Source: an uncultured Sphingomonas sp. (GTDB lineage Bacteria; Pseudomonadota; Alphaproteobacteria; Sphingomonadales; Sphingomonadaceae). Taken from it: a stretch of DNA of 38,250 nt. The translations under genes were made by a program, and so were the position numbers. The stretch covers positions 1-38,250 of the forward strand of contig CAZQLI010000001.1 in NCBI GenBank assembly GCA_964594145.1, written 5' to 3'. The notes under the pieces are model-generated. The model worked only from the letters and a program-made list of their open reading frames with translations. It did no database searches and had not been told where the DNA came from. Shown here piece by piece: positions 1 through 8,953 of the stretch. Within the stretch, counting starts at the first letter, position 1. Each line of letters starts with the position of its first letter.

Positions 1-433
1 GGCCCTGCTGGCGATAGGTGGGGAAATGCATGTCGTGGGGGTCCATTGCCGCCGCCGCTGCAACCGCGATTGCCTCTTCGCCAGTGCATTTCATGTAAAA
101 GCTGGTCTTGCCCTGCCGCTGGGCCCGGTACATGCGATCGTCGAACCGGCGGACGGTCTTCATGTCCTTCAGCATCTTGCGAAGCGTGTCGGGATCGATC
201 CGCGGGTCCCAGGGCCCGACTGCACGCCCATTCTCGTCAAGCACCCGCACCAGCTGGTTGCAAAGGGGGAAGGTCTCGGGAGCCTCGACGGAGACGTCAG
301 GCCGCGGCGCCTCGCCCGCGGGCGGGACCTTGATCGACGAGAAGTCGGGCGTGTCGCCCGGCCGGAATGGCGGCTCGGGCACATGAAGTGCCAGCGCCGG
401 CCGGTTGCGGCGCATTTCGGGTTTGTCGCTCAT
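1..433 (-). CDS. bkdA1: Branched-chain alpha-keto acid dehydrogenase E1 alpha subunit (5' part; runs off the window)
   Basis: Manual translation from ATG 433: MSDKPEMRRNRPALALHVPEPPFRPGDTPDFS...RRFDDRMYRAQRQGKTSFYMKCTGEEAIAVAAAAAMDPHDMHFPTYRQQG, typical of E1-alpha. Absent from the ORF track because it has no stop in the window. Confidence 0.9.
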   Translation of the reverse strand, partial: MSDKPEMRRNRPALALHVPEPPFRPGDTPDFSSIKVPPAGEAPRPDVSVEAPETFPLCNQLVRVLDENGRAVGPWDPRIDPDTLRKMLKDMKTVRRFDDRMYRAQRQGKTSFYMKCTGEEAIAVAAAAAMDPHDMHFPTYRQQG

Positions 434-473
434 TTGGGGCTCGCTTAGTGCGGTCGGCGCGCGCGGGCAACCA

Positions 474-516
474 TGGCAACCGCCGCCGCGTCCTGGAATG
501 CGCCGGGCGGTTGCCA
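474..516. terminator. Hairpin downstream of the beta-propeller gene
   Basis: TGGCAACCGCC (474-484) pairs with GGCGGTTGCCA (506-516); no clear U-tract. Confidence 0.4.
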
Positions 517-523
517 GGATCTG

Positions 524-2491
524 CTATGAACGGGGAGGCCGGCTCGATTGCACAGGGGCGAAATTTACGCGGTCGACTTCGTGGATCGCGCCGTTGGCCA
601 TCCGTCCCTCTACCAGCTCATATCCCATCAGCGCAAAGAGCCGGTCGCCGATGAAGATCGGGCGGGCATTGCCATACCAGTCGACACAGCTTGCAACGCA
701 TCCATCATCGCCTGCACGCCGCGGGTCGGCGTCCAGGCGCCCTGCCATGTCGAACAGGCGCTGCTCGCGCTTCAGGAACAGGATCGACGAGCCCGAACCG
801 AGGAATCGCGCCTGGGGAATGGAAAGCCGGGTCGTGATCGGGAGCCCCAGCAGCCCCGATGAGCCATCGGCATTGTCGGGCCGGTAGAAGAAGGCCTGGC
901 TCCGGTTTTCGCCCTGGCTTGCCGACGGGAAAGTGAAGCTATTGCCGACGCGCGCCTGCGGCCGCCTGAGGTCAATGGCCGTGAATACGAGGCCGCCCCT
1001 CGGGTCATTGCCTATTGCAACCCCGTCCTCGCCAAGCTGGTCGAGCCGTTCAACGGCATGTGGAAGTGGAAGCTGCGCCACCGGTCCCCCCCGCAGCCCC
1101 GCGGCGATGAGCATGCCGGTCTCGCCGCCGCGATAGCCATGGCCTCCATAGAGAATGTGGTTGCCGACGAAGCGGTTCTGGAAATTCCAGGCGCCGGGTC
1201 CGACGGATGGCAGTGGGCGGTAGCGCGACCGCGCGACCGTGCGGCTGCCATCGCCCATCCAGCTGATCGGTACCGACAAAAGCGCAACTTCGCCGTCGCC
1301 GCTCCCGTCCTCGCTGTTCCACATCCAGTCACCGCCGCCGTCGCGCCTGACCAGGACGTCAACCAGGCCGAGGCGCGGGTCCTCGCGAAAGCTGAACTGG
1401 TCGGTCGGCTGGCCGGCGGCAGCGATCGCCGAAGGCTTTTCGCTGCGGTCCAGCGGCATCCGGTACAGCCAGCTCTGGGCTACGCCGCGCCTCGAAGCGC
1501 GCCAGTGCCGGGCATCGCTCACCCAGAGGTAGACCGCGCTCGGGCTGACATAGAAGGTGCGGCTTGCAGGACCAAGAACGGCGGTTGCCTTGCAGTCCAG
1601 CACCGGCGCGGCAAGGTCGCAGTCGATGACGCTGTGCAGCGTGTCCAGCGTCGCCTCCTCGTCGTTCTTCAGCGAAGGAACGATATAGACGTCGCGTGCC
1701 TGGGCGATCCGCTTGAACTTGGAGCGGTCGCCCTGCCACCTGCTGACGGCGGGGAAGAATGAGAATGGATCAGGCGACCCCCAGCCAAGGCTGAGAGGCG
1801 TGTAATAGACGAGGCGGTTGCCAATCAGGCGGGACGCGTAGTTGCGCGACGAGTAATAGTCGTTCGATCGAAGGTGATAGGCGTCGTCGAAACGAAGACG
1901 GCCATCGGGCGAGAGGCGGAAGCGGTTCACCTCGGTTCCGCCGCGGGCATAGCTGTAGCCGATGACGATCACCCGGTTTCCCGAAACCAGCATCTCGTCA
2001 TACCAGTCGCCCTGGCCGCTGACGCCCGGCGGGAAGGCGTCGATATGGTCAACCGGGCGCATCTGCCCGCCGGCGATCGACACGGTGAACAGTCGCCCTC
2101 GCCGCAGGATGACGAGCAGGTCGCCGCGCTTCTTGACGATCCCGCCCTCGTCGACCCCTGCCTCCTGTGTATTGGTAATCCGGTCGTTGGCGGCTGAGGC
2201 GGCGGCCGGCGCCGCGGACTCCTGGGCAGCTGCCGGAGGGGGCGGCGCAGGAGGGGGCGGTGGCAGCGGGACGGGAGTGGCAGCATTGCGACGGACGGCC
2301 AGCCGCCGCCGGGACTCGAGCAGCTTGAGGAGTTCGGCATCCGAGCCAAACGAGGCCAGTGCACCGCCAGCCCTTGCGGCATCCCGGGCCGAACCGCGGG
2401 CGTGGGGCTGGAAGCCAACCGCAAGCGCTCCGGTCCCCAGCCCCGTAACGGCAACCGCGGCCAGCAGACAGGTCTTTGCACGACGGGACAT
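524..2491 (-). CDS. Secreted beta-propeller domain protein (Beta_propel/PF09826-like)
   Basis: 655 aa with signal peptide, Pro/Ala linker and family motif TNTQEAGVDEGGIVK; RBS GGGGGAG upstream. Confidence 0.8.
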   Translation of the reverse strand: MSRRAKTCLLAAVAVTGLGTGALAVGFQPHARGSARDAARAGGALASFGSDAELLKLLESRRRLAVRRNAATPVPLPPPPPAPPPPAAAQESAAPAAASAANDRITNTQEAGVDEGGIVKKRGDLLVILRRGRLFTVSIAGGQMRPVDHIDAFPPGVSGQGDWYDEMLVSGNRVIVIGYSYARGGTEVNRFRLSPDGRLRFDDAYHLRSNDYYSSRNYASRLIGNRLVYYTPLSLGWGSPDPFSFFPAVSRWQGDRSKFKRIAQARDVYIVPSLKNDEEATLDTLHSVIDCDLAAPVLDCKATAVLGPASRTFYVSPSAVYLWVSDARHWRASRRGVAQSWLYRMPLDRSEKPSAIAAAGQPTDQFSFREDPRLGLVDVLVRRDGGGDWMWNSEDGSGDGEVALLSVPISWMGDGSRTVARSRYRPLPSVGPGAWNFQNRFVGNHILYGGHGYRGGETGMLIAAGLRGGPVAQLPLPHAVERLDQLGEDGVAIGNDPRGGLVFTAIDLRRPQARVGNSFTFPSASQGENRSQAFFYRPDNADGSSGLLGLPITTRLSIPQARFLGSGSSILFLKREQRLFDMAGRLDADPRRAGDDGCVASCVDWYGNARPIFIGDRLFALMGYELVEGRMANGAIHEVDRVNFAPVQSSRPPRS

Positions 2492-2508
2492 GTTACGCTC
2501 CCCCTACT

Positions 2509-2525
2509 ATGTTATAATGTCACAT
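2509..2525. promoter_or_regulatory. Putative Zur box
   Basis: ATGTTATA-A-TGTCACAT matches 12/14 of the Zur core TGTTATA-N-TATAACA; AT-rich island 18 bp upstream of the ATG at 2491. Confidence 0.65.
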
Positions 2526-2567
2526 CATGCAGCCAAAAACCTGTCCGCTGGCTGAACGGTCATGCCA

Positions 2568-5500
2568 TCAATCCTCGTGCGGAACGCCGAGCGTCGATCC
2601 CGCGGTGAAGGCCCCGCCGGCCTGTTCGTGGAACCAGAATGGCTTGAACCCGCCAGTGCCCCCGGCGACGATCTGCAGGTCCGAGTCGAACAGGCGTCCG
2701 CCGACCATGGTCATCGATATCGCCGTTGAGTTGCGGATATTCTCCAGCGGATTGGCGTCCAGCACGACGAGGTCCGCGAGTTTTCCGGCCTCGATGCTGC
2801 CGAGTTCCCGGTCGAGCCCGAGCGCCTTCGCCGGGTTGATCGTGCCGGCCTTGAGCGCTTCGAGGTTGCTCATCCCTCCGAGCGCGAACATCCACATGTC
2901 CCAATGGGCGCCGAGCCCCTCGCGCTGACCATGGCCGCCGATCGAGACCGGGATTCCAAGCTCGCTGATCCGGTTGGCCACTTTCGAGACGTTGATGACA
3001 TTATCTTCTTCGGGCGGCACCATCACCGGGCGCCGGGCACGTGCGTCGAGCAATGGCCTTGGAACCCAACGGGACAGGATCGGCTCGGCCCAGACATTGG
3101 TGTGCTGGTACCAGTAATTCTCACCGAACGGTCCGCCATAGGCGACGACCAGGGTCGGCGTGTAAGCCGTCCCCGAGCCACGCCAGAACTGCAGCACGTC
3201 GTCGTAGATATTGGCCACCGGCAGCGAATGCTCGATCGTCGTGTGGCCATCGGCGATCATGGTCATATTATGTTCGAAAAGCGAACCGCCCTCGGGCACG
3301 ACCTCCATGCCGAGCTGGCGGGCCGCCTCGATGACCATCTGCCGCTGCTCACGTCGGGGCTGGTTATAGCTTTTGACGGACCAGGCACCGGAGGCTTTCA
3401 GCCGCCGCAGGTGAGACAGGGCATCGTCGAGGCTGTTGATCTCGACCGTGAACGGAGTGGTTGCGCCATATAGGATGGTGCCGGTCGAGAAGATGCGCGG
3501 TCCGAGGATGCGCCCGGCCCGCTGATATTCCGAAGCCGCGAAGATCTCGAACGTGTCGTTGCTCGGATCGTGAATGCTGGTGACCCCGTAGGCCAGCGCT
3601 GCCGCGTGAAACCAGTTCTGCTTGGGGATGACGAGGTCGGTTCCCATCGACCCGTGCCAATGGGCATCGATGAGGCCGGGGATAACCGTCTTGCCGCCAA
3701 GATCAACCACCCGCGTTCCAGCGGGGTAGCTGATCGCAGCCGTTGGCCCGACCGCCGCGATACGGTCACCCTCGATGAGGATGGTGCCATTCTCGATGAC
3801 CTCGTCGCCGTTCATGGTAACGATACGTGCGCCGCTGAGCGCAATGGCGCTCGAGGGTTTTGCCTGCCTTGCAGTAATGCCGAGTTCCGCGACCTGGGGC
3901 GCAGGGCCGACCTTTCCGCCAGCGAACGAGCCCGCGGCGCCGACGTCGAGGCCGTAGAGCCTCGGGCCCTGGCTCCAGTACAAATAGCGTCCGTTCCCCG
4001 ACCAGTGGAGCCAGTCGCCGGCGTCTGCGCTGACACGCGACTGGGGGAGGGCCTTTCCGTCCGGCGAAATATCGATGGAGCGACCAGCCCTTGCGAACGG
4101 CATGACATAGGCCTGGTAACGCTCCGTCCAGGCGATGAACTGCTCGTCCGGAGACAGTGCAAAATCGGTCGCGTTCTGGGACACGACGTGGGTCACTTCC
4201 TCGGTGCCCTGGACGGACACCGATTTCAGAAGCCGTTTTTCCTCCTCGCCGCTGTCGGTGAAGAAGACCCGGTCGCCCGTTGCGCCGAACATTGGCTGGC
4301 GCCCCTTCTTCGCTATCCTCTTCGGGTCACCGCCGGCGGTCGGGACCACGTAGAGGCCCGGGTCACGTCCCCACAGCGGGGTCGTGAGGAACCCATCACT
4401 CGTCTTTCGGTAGGCGATCAGCTTGCCGTCCGGCGAAAAACTGGGTTCGACATAATGGCCGGGCTGAGGCGTCACGGCCCGCGGCTCGCCACCGTTCGCG
4501 CCGATTACCATGACTCGTCCAGCGCGGTCGTCGTCCCAGGAAACATAGGCGACCTGGCGGCCGTCCCTCGAAAAAGTCGGGTAACTCTCGAAGGCCTCGC
4601 TTCGGGTGAGGCGCCTCGGGTTGCTGCCGTCCCCGCCGGCGATCCACAGGCTGCCAAGCGCCTCGTAGACGATGCGGCTGCCGTCCGGGCTCTTCTGGGC
4701 GAACCTCACCATCTTTGTGTGGAAGCTGTCGGGCGCGACCTCGTGGCTCTGCCTCACGGCATTCTCGACCCAGCGGGTGCCGCTCACGTGAAAAGGGATC
4801 TCGCTTACCTGGCGCGAGGCGACGTCGATCCGGTGAATGCCGCCTTTGGCCCAGAAAATGATGGACTTGCCATCGGGGGTCCAGCTCATCCCGGGATAGA
4901 CGCCATGGACCGCCCAGGTTTCCTGCATGTCGCGGTCAAGCATGTCCGTGAGCGGCGTGATGCGCCCGGACGCCAGGTCCATGAGCATCAGGGTCGACTT
5001 GTACCGGACCCGCCTGATGAAGGCGAGGCTCTTGCCGTCGGGCGAGGGGGTCGGCCGGATCGCGCCGCCCGGCCCGTCGACCAGCGTCTCTATCTCGCCG
5101 GTCTGCCGGTCGAGCCGCTGGATCACGTAAATCTGCCCGTTGACGTCCTTCGAATATTCAAACACCTCGCCGGGCGTCGCGTCGTCCGAGAAATAGAGGT
5201 AGCGGCCGTCGGGCGAGAAGGCCGGCTCGTTGGTGTCCTTCTGCTTGGTGCGCGCCTTGGTCATCTGCACGCCTCCGCCCTTGGCATTGCCGGTGCGGTG
5301 GTACAGCCACATCTCGCCGGCCCCGAGCGAGCGGGCCGAGGTGAAATGTTTCCTCGCGACGATATAATTGCCGTCAGGCGTCCAATCGGCCTGGTTGAGA
5401 AGCCGGAAATCCTCGCTGGTGATCTGCCGCGGCGACGAGCCATCGCGCCGCACGGCCCAGATATTGTCGCCGCCACCCCGGTCGGAAGTAAAGGCGATCT

Positions 5501-5903
5501 CCGTTCCATCCGGCGAGTAGCGCGGCTGCATTTCCCAGGCGTGGCCGGTGAGGAGCGGCCGCGCCTCCCCGCCCTCGATCGGAATAACGTAAATATCGCC
5601 GAGAAGGTCGAAGGCGATCTCGCGCCCGTCCGGCGAGACGTCCAGCGACATCCAGGTCCCGCGGCGGGTATCGATCACGACCTCCCGGCCGGCGGCGTGC
5701 CGGGCCGTGACGTCCCACTTGCTTTCCTTGTCACCCTGGCTCGTCGGTGCCGGTGCGATGCCTTCCGGCCTGTGCTGGGTCAGCGGCTGGGCCTGGCCCG
5801 GTTGTGGCGGGGGCGGTGCAACGGGCGGGGTTGGCGCCGGCTGTGCAACGGCGCCGGCCGCGGCAAGCAGCGAGCAGGACAGGAGAAACGAGAGTCGGCG
5901 CAT
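2568..5903 (-). CDS. Secreted amidohydrolase with N-terminal TolB-like PD40 beta-propellers
   Basis: Signal peptide MRRLSFLLSCSLLAAAGAVAQ; repeated SPDG/FSPDG PD40 motifs; C-terminal PGLIDAHWH and GSIEAGKLADLVVLD. ATG 5903 preferred over the ORF-track start at 5915. Confidence 0.85.
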   Translation of the reverse strand: MRRLSFLLSCSLLAAAGAVAQPAPTPPVAPPPPQPGQAQPLTQHRPEGIAPAPTSQGDKESKWDVTARHAAGREVVIDTRRGTWMSLDVSPDGREIAFDLLGDIYVIPIEGGEARPLLTGHAWEMQPRYSPDGTEIAFTSDRGGGDNIWAVRRDGSSPRQITSEDFRLLNQADWTPDGNYIVARKHFTSARSLGAGEMWLYHRTGNAKGGGVQMTKARTKQKDTNEPAFSPDGRYLYFSDDATPGEVFEYSKDVNGQIYVIQRLDRQTGEIETLVDGPGGAIRPTPSPDGKSLAFIRRVRYKSTLMLMDLASGRITPLTDMLDRDMQETWAVHGVYPGMSWTPDGKSIIFWAKGGIHRIDVASRQVSEIPFHVSGTRWVENAVRQSHEVAPDSFHTKMVRFAQKSPDGSRIVYEALGSLWIAGGDGSNPRRLTRSEAFESYPTFSRDGRQVAYVSWDDDRAGRVMVIGANGGEPRAVTPQPGHYVEPSFSPDGKLIAYRKTSDGFLTTPLWGRDPGLYVVPTAGGDPKRIAKKGRQPMFGATGDRVFFTDSGEEEKRLLKSVSVQGTEEVTHVVSQNATDFALSPDEQFIAWTERYQAYVMPFARAGRSIDISPDGKALPQSRVSADAGDWLHWSGNGRYLYWSQGPRLYGLDVGAAGSFAGGKVGPAPQVAELGITARQAKPSSAIALSGARIVTMNGDEVIENGTILIEGDRIAAVGPTAAISYPAGTRVVDLGGKTVIPGLIDAHWHGSMGTDLVIPKQNWFHAAALAYGVTSIHDPSNDTFEIFAASEYQRAGRILGPRIFSTGTILYGATTPFTVEINSLDDALSHLRRLKASGAWSVKSYNQPRREQRQMVIEAARQLGMEVVPEGGSLFEHNMTMIADGHTTIEHSLPVANIYDDVLQFWRGSGTAYTPTLVVAYGGPFGENYWYQHTNVWAEPILSRWVPRPLLDARARRPVMVPPEEDNVINVSKVANRISELGIPVSIGGHGQREGLGAHWDMWMFALGGMSNLEALKAGTINPAKALGLDRELGSIEAGKLADLVVLDANPLENIRNSTAISMTMVGGRLFDSDLQIVAGGTGGFKPFWFHEQAGGAFTAGSTLGVPHED

Positions 5904-6032
5904 GAAAGACCCCACCGGATTGATCTGGAAACCGGCGCGACTTTGGCGGCAGGGCCGGGCGATGACAACGTGGGGCCAGCCGCCGTTCGTCGAATTGACG
6001 GCCGGGACGTCGAACGGCTAGGGCGCCTGCCC

Positions 6033-6326
6033 ATGGCACAGACGGACAAGACCGAAGCGAAGAAGCCGCTTCCCGACCGACTTTCGCTCGACCCGAGGAG
6101 TCCGCATTTCGATGACGAGGTTCTGAGGCATGGCGTCGGCATCCGCTTCAACGGCGCCGAGAAGACCAATGTCGAGGAATATTGCATTTCGGAAGGCTGG
6201 ATCCGGATGGCGGTCGGCCGCAGCCGCGACCGCTATGGCAACCCGATGACCATGACCCTCAAGGGGAAAGTCGAGCCCTTCTACGAAGAGGAGGGGACGC
6301 CGGCGGGGCAGGACCCGGAGGCCTGA
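6033..6326 (+). CDS. DUF3297 family protein
   Basis: C-terminal 97 aa of shadow ORF 3570..6326: PDRLSLDPRSPHFD...GIRFNGAEKTNVEEYCISEGWIR...GKVEPF. Promoter TTGACG-N18-TAGGGC directly upstream. Confidence 0.85.
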   Translation: MAQTDKTEAKKPLPDRLSLDPRSPHFDDEVLRHGVGIRFNGAEKTNVEEYCISEGWIRMAVGRSRDRYGNPMTMTLKGKVEPFYEEEGTPAGQDPEA

Positions 6327-6331
6327 AGATC

Positions 6332-6348
6332 CCGCCGGTATCCGGCGG
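6332..6348. terminator. Hairpin between convergent genes
   Basis: CCGCCGG-TAT-CCGGCGG. Confidence 0.4.
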
Positions 6349-6354
6349 CTAAGC

Positions 6355-6570
6355 TCAGGCCGCCCGACCGCCCCGCTGCGACGCCCTCGATCCGCGTCTA
6401 CGGTCGATGAGCTTCTTCGCGGCCCAGCCCGCGGCGAGCGCAATTCCAAGCGTGCCAAGACCACGTCTTGCGATTGCCGGGACCGCCGCGCCGACCAGCG
6501 CCCCGCTCAGCTTGTTGTTGCGCCCGGCGATTTTCTCGCCCGCGATGGCGCCAAGGATCTTTGCCAACAT
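6355..6570 (-). CDS. Small Gly/Ala-rich membrane-associated hypothetical protein
   Basis: 71 aa; RBS AGGAG upstream; hydrophobic glycine-rich helices and a basic tail. Confidence 0.75.
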   Translation of the reverse strand: MLAKILGAIAGEKIAGRNNKLSGALVGAAVPAIARRGLGTLGIALAAGWAAKKLIDRRRGSRASQRGGRAA

Positions 6571-6604
6571 TGGTCACTATACTCCTGACTGCTGTGGAGC
6601 GCTC

Positions 6605-6629
6605 AGCGCGCAAGCGGGCAAGCTGTTCC
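6605..6629 (-). promoter_or_regulatory. Putative sigma-EcfG promoter of the small protein gene
   Basis: Minus strand GGAAC-N16-CGCT (consensus GGAAC-N16-CGTT). Confidence 0.45.
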
Positions 6630-6635
6630 CCCGCG

Positions 6636-8162
6636 TCAGGCAGCGCGAAGCTGGGACAGGAATTCGTTGGTCGCGGATTCCAGCCCCTCGGCGATCCTGG
6701 TGAGGCTGGAAGCCGAAGCCTGGATCTCGTCCGAGAATTGACGGGCATCGCTGGCGGCCTTCGCCACCTGGCCGATCGTCTGGGCAATCTGGGTTGCACC
6801 GGCCGCACTGTCGACGGCGCTTTGCTCGATCAGCGTGGCGACGCTGCTCTGGTCTGCAATGGCATTGCGCATCTGGCTGGCTGCCTGCTCGAGGTCGGCC
6901 ATCGCACGGGCGACCTCGCCGATGACCCCGTCGGCCTGCGCTGCGCCGGTACTGATCCCAAGAACGATCTGGTTGATCTGGCCCGAGGCGTCATGTGCCT
7001 GGTTTGCGAGCGCCTTCACCTCGGCGGCGACGACGCCGAAGCCACGCCCGGCATCTCCGGCCCGGGCAGCCTCGATGGTCGCGTTGAGCGCAAGCATGTT
7101 GGTCTGCGAGGCTACGCCCTGGATGAGGCCGACGAAGGTCTCGACATTTGCGGCTTGTTCGGAAAGGGCCCGGATAACTTCCTCGCCGGTTCGCGAGGCG
7201 CCCCGGGCTGCTACCCCCAGTTCGGCCTGCCGGTCGGCAGTGGCCGCGATGCTGAGGATCGATTTTGAAAGGTCGCTGACGCTCGCCGAAACCTGCATTG
7301 CATTTCTTGACGCTGTTTCGGCGTCGCTTGCCGCGCTGGCCGACTGCTCGCCCGCATCATGCGCGAAGCGGTGCATGCTCGTCGCGGCTCGCTCGAGCTG
7401 CTCGGCAGCTGCCCCGACCGACTGGACGACGCTTGCGACGGAGGTTTCGAACGCGGCCGCCAGGGCAATCAGCTCTTCCCGCCTTGCGTCGGCATTGGCC
7501 CTTCGCTCGGCCTCGAAACGCTTGTCGCGCTCGGCCTCGACCTCGGCCTTGGCGGCGCGCGCCTCCTCGAGAGCTTGACCCGCGGAGTTGGCGGAACTTA
7601 GCGCCTCGGCGGCCGATGCCTCGCTCGCCAGCCTTGCCTCGGCCTGCTCGACGAACAGGCGGCCCATGTGCACCATCATCGGCCCAAGGACCGCGCATAC
7701 CATCGAGACGGCGAGTGCATGGACGAGGACCCGCGCCAGGTCGCCCGAACCAATGAACACCCATTCCGGCGCAAGATAGCCGAGCAGCAGGTGGTGGACC
7801 GAGATGGTGCCAAGAGCCACCGCCAGCGGACGCCAGTCGCAGACGAGGGTAAGGGCAGCCAGCCCGACGAAGAAGTACATATGGCCTTCCATCTGCCAGG
7901 GATGACCCTCGAGCATGAATATGAGGAGGGCGGGCTGGATCGAGGCCATGATCCCGAACGCCACCCCGGCTGGAACATCGTAGCGCTCCTTGAGAGCATA
8001 GATGGTCGGTACGATGTTGATTGCGGCCGAGAGCAGGACCGGCAGGAATTCGTTGTGGAATTCGAACACTAGCGAGAGGAGCAGGAGCACGGCGGTCGAG
8101 GTCCAGCCGAGCATGGTCAGCATCAGGACGCCGCGGACTCGAAGGCCAGTCAGTTCATTCAT
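6636..8162 (-). CDS. Methyl-accepting chemotaxis protein with His-rich multi-TM membrane sensor
   Basis: Hairpin tip [40 protein letters not shown]. Start MNELTGLR at 8162 overlaps the upstream stop (ATGA); the ORF-track extension to 8846 is spurious. Confidence 0.9.
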   Translation of the reverse strand: MNELTGLRVRGVLMLTMLGWTSTAVLLLLSLVFEFHNEFLPVLLSAAINIVPTIYALKERYDVPAGVAFGIMASIQPALLIFMLEGHPWQMEGHMYFFVGLAALTLVCDWRPLAVALGTISVHHLLLGYLAPEWVFIGSGDLARVLVHALAVSMVCAVLGPMMVHMGRLFVEQAEARLASEASAAEALSSANSAGQALEEARAAKAEVEAERDKRFEAERRANADARREELIALAAAFETSVASVVQSVGAAAEQLERAATSMHRFAHDAGEQSASAASDAETASRNAMQVSASVSDLSKSILSIAATADRQAELGVAARGASRTGEEVIRALSEQAANVETFVGLIQGVASQTNMLALNATIEAARAGDAGRGFGVVAAEVKALANQAHDASGQINQIVLGISTGAAQADGVIGEVARAMADLEQAASQMRNAIADQSSVATLIEQSAVDSAAGATQIAQTIGQVAKAASDARQFSDEIQASASSLTRIAEGLESATNEFLSQLRAA

Positions 8163-8473
8163 CGGTCCGGGTTCCCTGCTTCGATGCTGGTGCACAGTGC
8201 GGCCGGGGCGGCCACCACCAGGACCCAGCGCTCCCAGAGCATCGCCAGCGAGCGGCGATCCCCCTCGACGATCATCGACCCTGGCAACGGGCCGGCAATC
8301 AGCGGAACGGCCCCCGCAGACACGACGGTGCCGCGGTCTACCGGCTGTCCGTTCACCGGCACGAGGAGCATCCTCCCGCGCGTCGGCGGCGTGAAAGCCA
8401 CGATGAGCAGCGCCAGAATGGCCAGGGCCAACTGTGCAACGATTAGACCAGTCCTGCCCGACACCCACCGCAT
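8159..8473 (-). CDS. Small membrane protein translationally coupled to the MCP
   Basis: ATGA overlap with the MCP start; N-terminal [13 protein letters not shown] and [13 protein letters not shown] motifs. Start is 8473 (leaderless) or 8482. Confidence 0.75.
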   Translation of the reverse strand: MRWVSGRTGLIVAQLALAILALLIVAFTPPTRGRMLLVPVNGQPVDRGTVVSAGAVPLIAGPLPGSMIVEGDRRSLAMLWERWVLVVAAPAALCTSIEAGNPDR

Positions 8474-8496
8474 CAGGCCCATTTAAGGCAACGACG

Positions 8497-8512
8497 GTAA
8501 AGGCGCGGTTAA
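8497..8512 (-). promoter_or_regulatory. Putative CtrA box
   Basis: Minus strand TTAA-CCGCGCC-TTTAC versus consensus TTAA-N7-TTAAC, upstream of a chemotaxis operon. Confidence 0.55.
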
Positions 8513-8555
8513 GCAGTTCGGGCCGGCGAAAATTCCCTGCCGGAGGCGGGAACCG

Positions 8556-8597
8556 GTTGGGCGATCCTCCCAACTGCTGGTGGGAAATCCCGCCAAC
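8556..8597. promoter_or_regulatory. Two tandem dyads, probable PspF-type activator sites (UAS)
   Basis: GTTGGG-N7-CCCAAC (8556-8574) and GGTGGG-N7-GCCAAC (8579-8597), 50-90 bp upstream of the sigma-54 promoter. Confidence 0.55.
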
Positions 8598-8647
8598 CAG
8601 GCTCGGTCGAACCAACTTCTTGCCAGGAAATGGCTGAAATTCGCGAT

Positions 8648-8662
8648 TGGCATGGGTCTTGA
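8648..8662 (+). promoter_or_regulatory. Sigma-54 -24/-12 promoter of the psp operon
   Basis: TGGCATG-GGTC-TTGA versus TGGCACG-N4-TTGC; psp operons are sigma-54 dependent. Confidence 0.7.
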
Positions 8663-8721
8663 AAGGAATGAGGCGGACCGGCGGGTAAGGCCAGCCGGGC
8701 CAAAAAAAGGGAGATTGGACG

Positions 8722-8856
8722 ATGTCCGGCTTGAAATTCGAACGCCAGCTGATCGCCGCTTTCGCAGCGTTGCTGATGACCACCATCGCCGTGGGTGCGG
8801 CAGTCGCGCCGGCCCAGGTTTCCGCCAGCCCAGTGGAAGTTGTCACCTATGCCTGA
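8722..8856 (+). CDS. 44-aa hydrophobic small protein, first gene of the psp operon
   Basis: RBS AGGGAG; [44 protein letters not shown]; too short for the ORF track. Confidence 0.7.
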   Translation: MSGLKFERQLIAAFAALLMTTIAVGAAVAPAQVSASPVEVVTYA

Positions 8857-8953
8857 ACTTGAACCGATCGTGGCCGTCCCGGCAGTCCGCATCCCGCGGC
8901 AGACCGATGACAGGATCGACTCCGGCAGCCGCCTGGCTCCGCTCGGAGGGATA

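Noticed and set aside
2200-2280. Pro/Ala-rich repeat-like DNA
   Set aside because: Low-complexity protein linker, not a DNA repeat or CRISPR array.
3570-6032. 918-aa plus-strand ORF
   Set aside because: Antisense shadow of the amidohydrolase in high-GC DNA; only the last 97 aa (DUF3297) are real.
8163-8846. N-terminal extensions of ORF-track calls (MCP here; also DUF2891, GNAT, USP, PadR, phaD/E/F)
   Set aside because: They overlap neighbouring genes or promoters; true starts are marked by an RBS, ATGA coupling or the start of family motifs.
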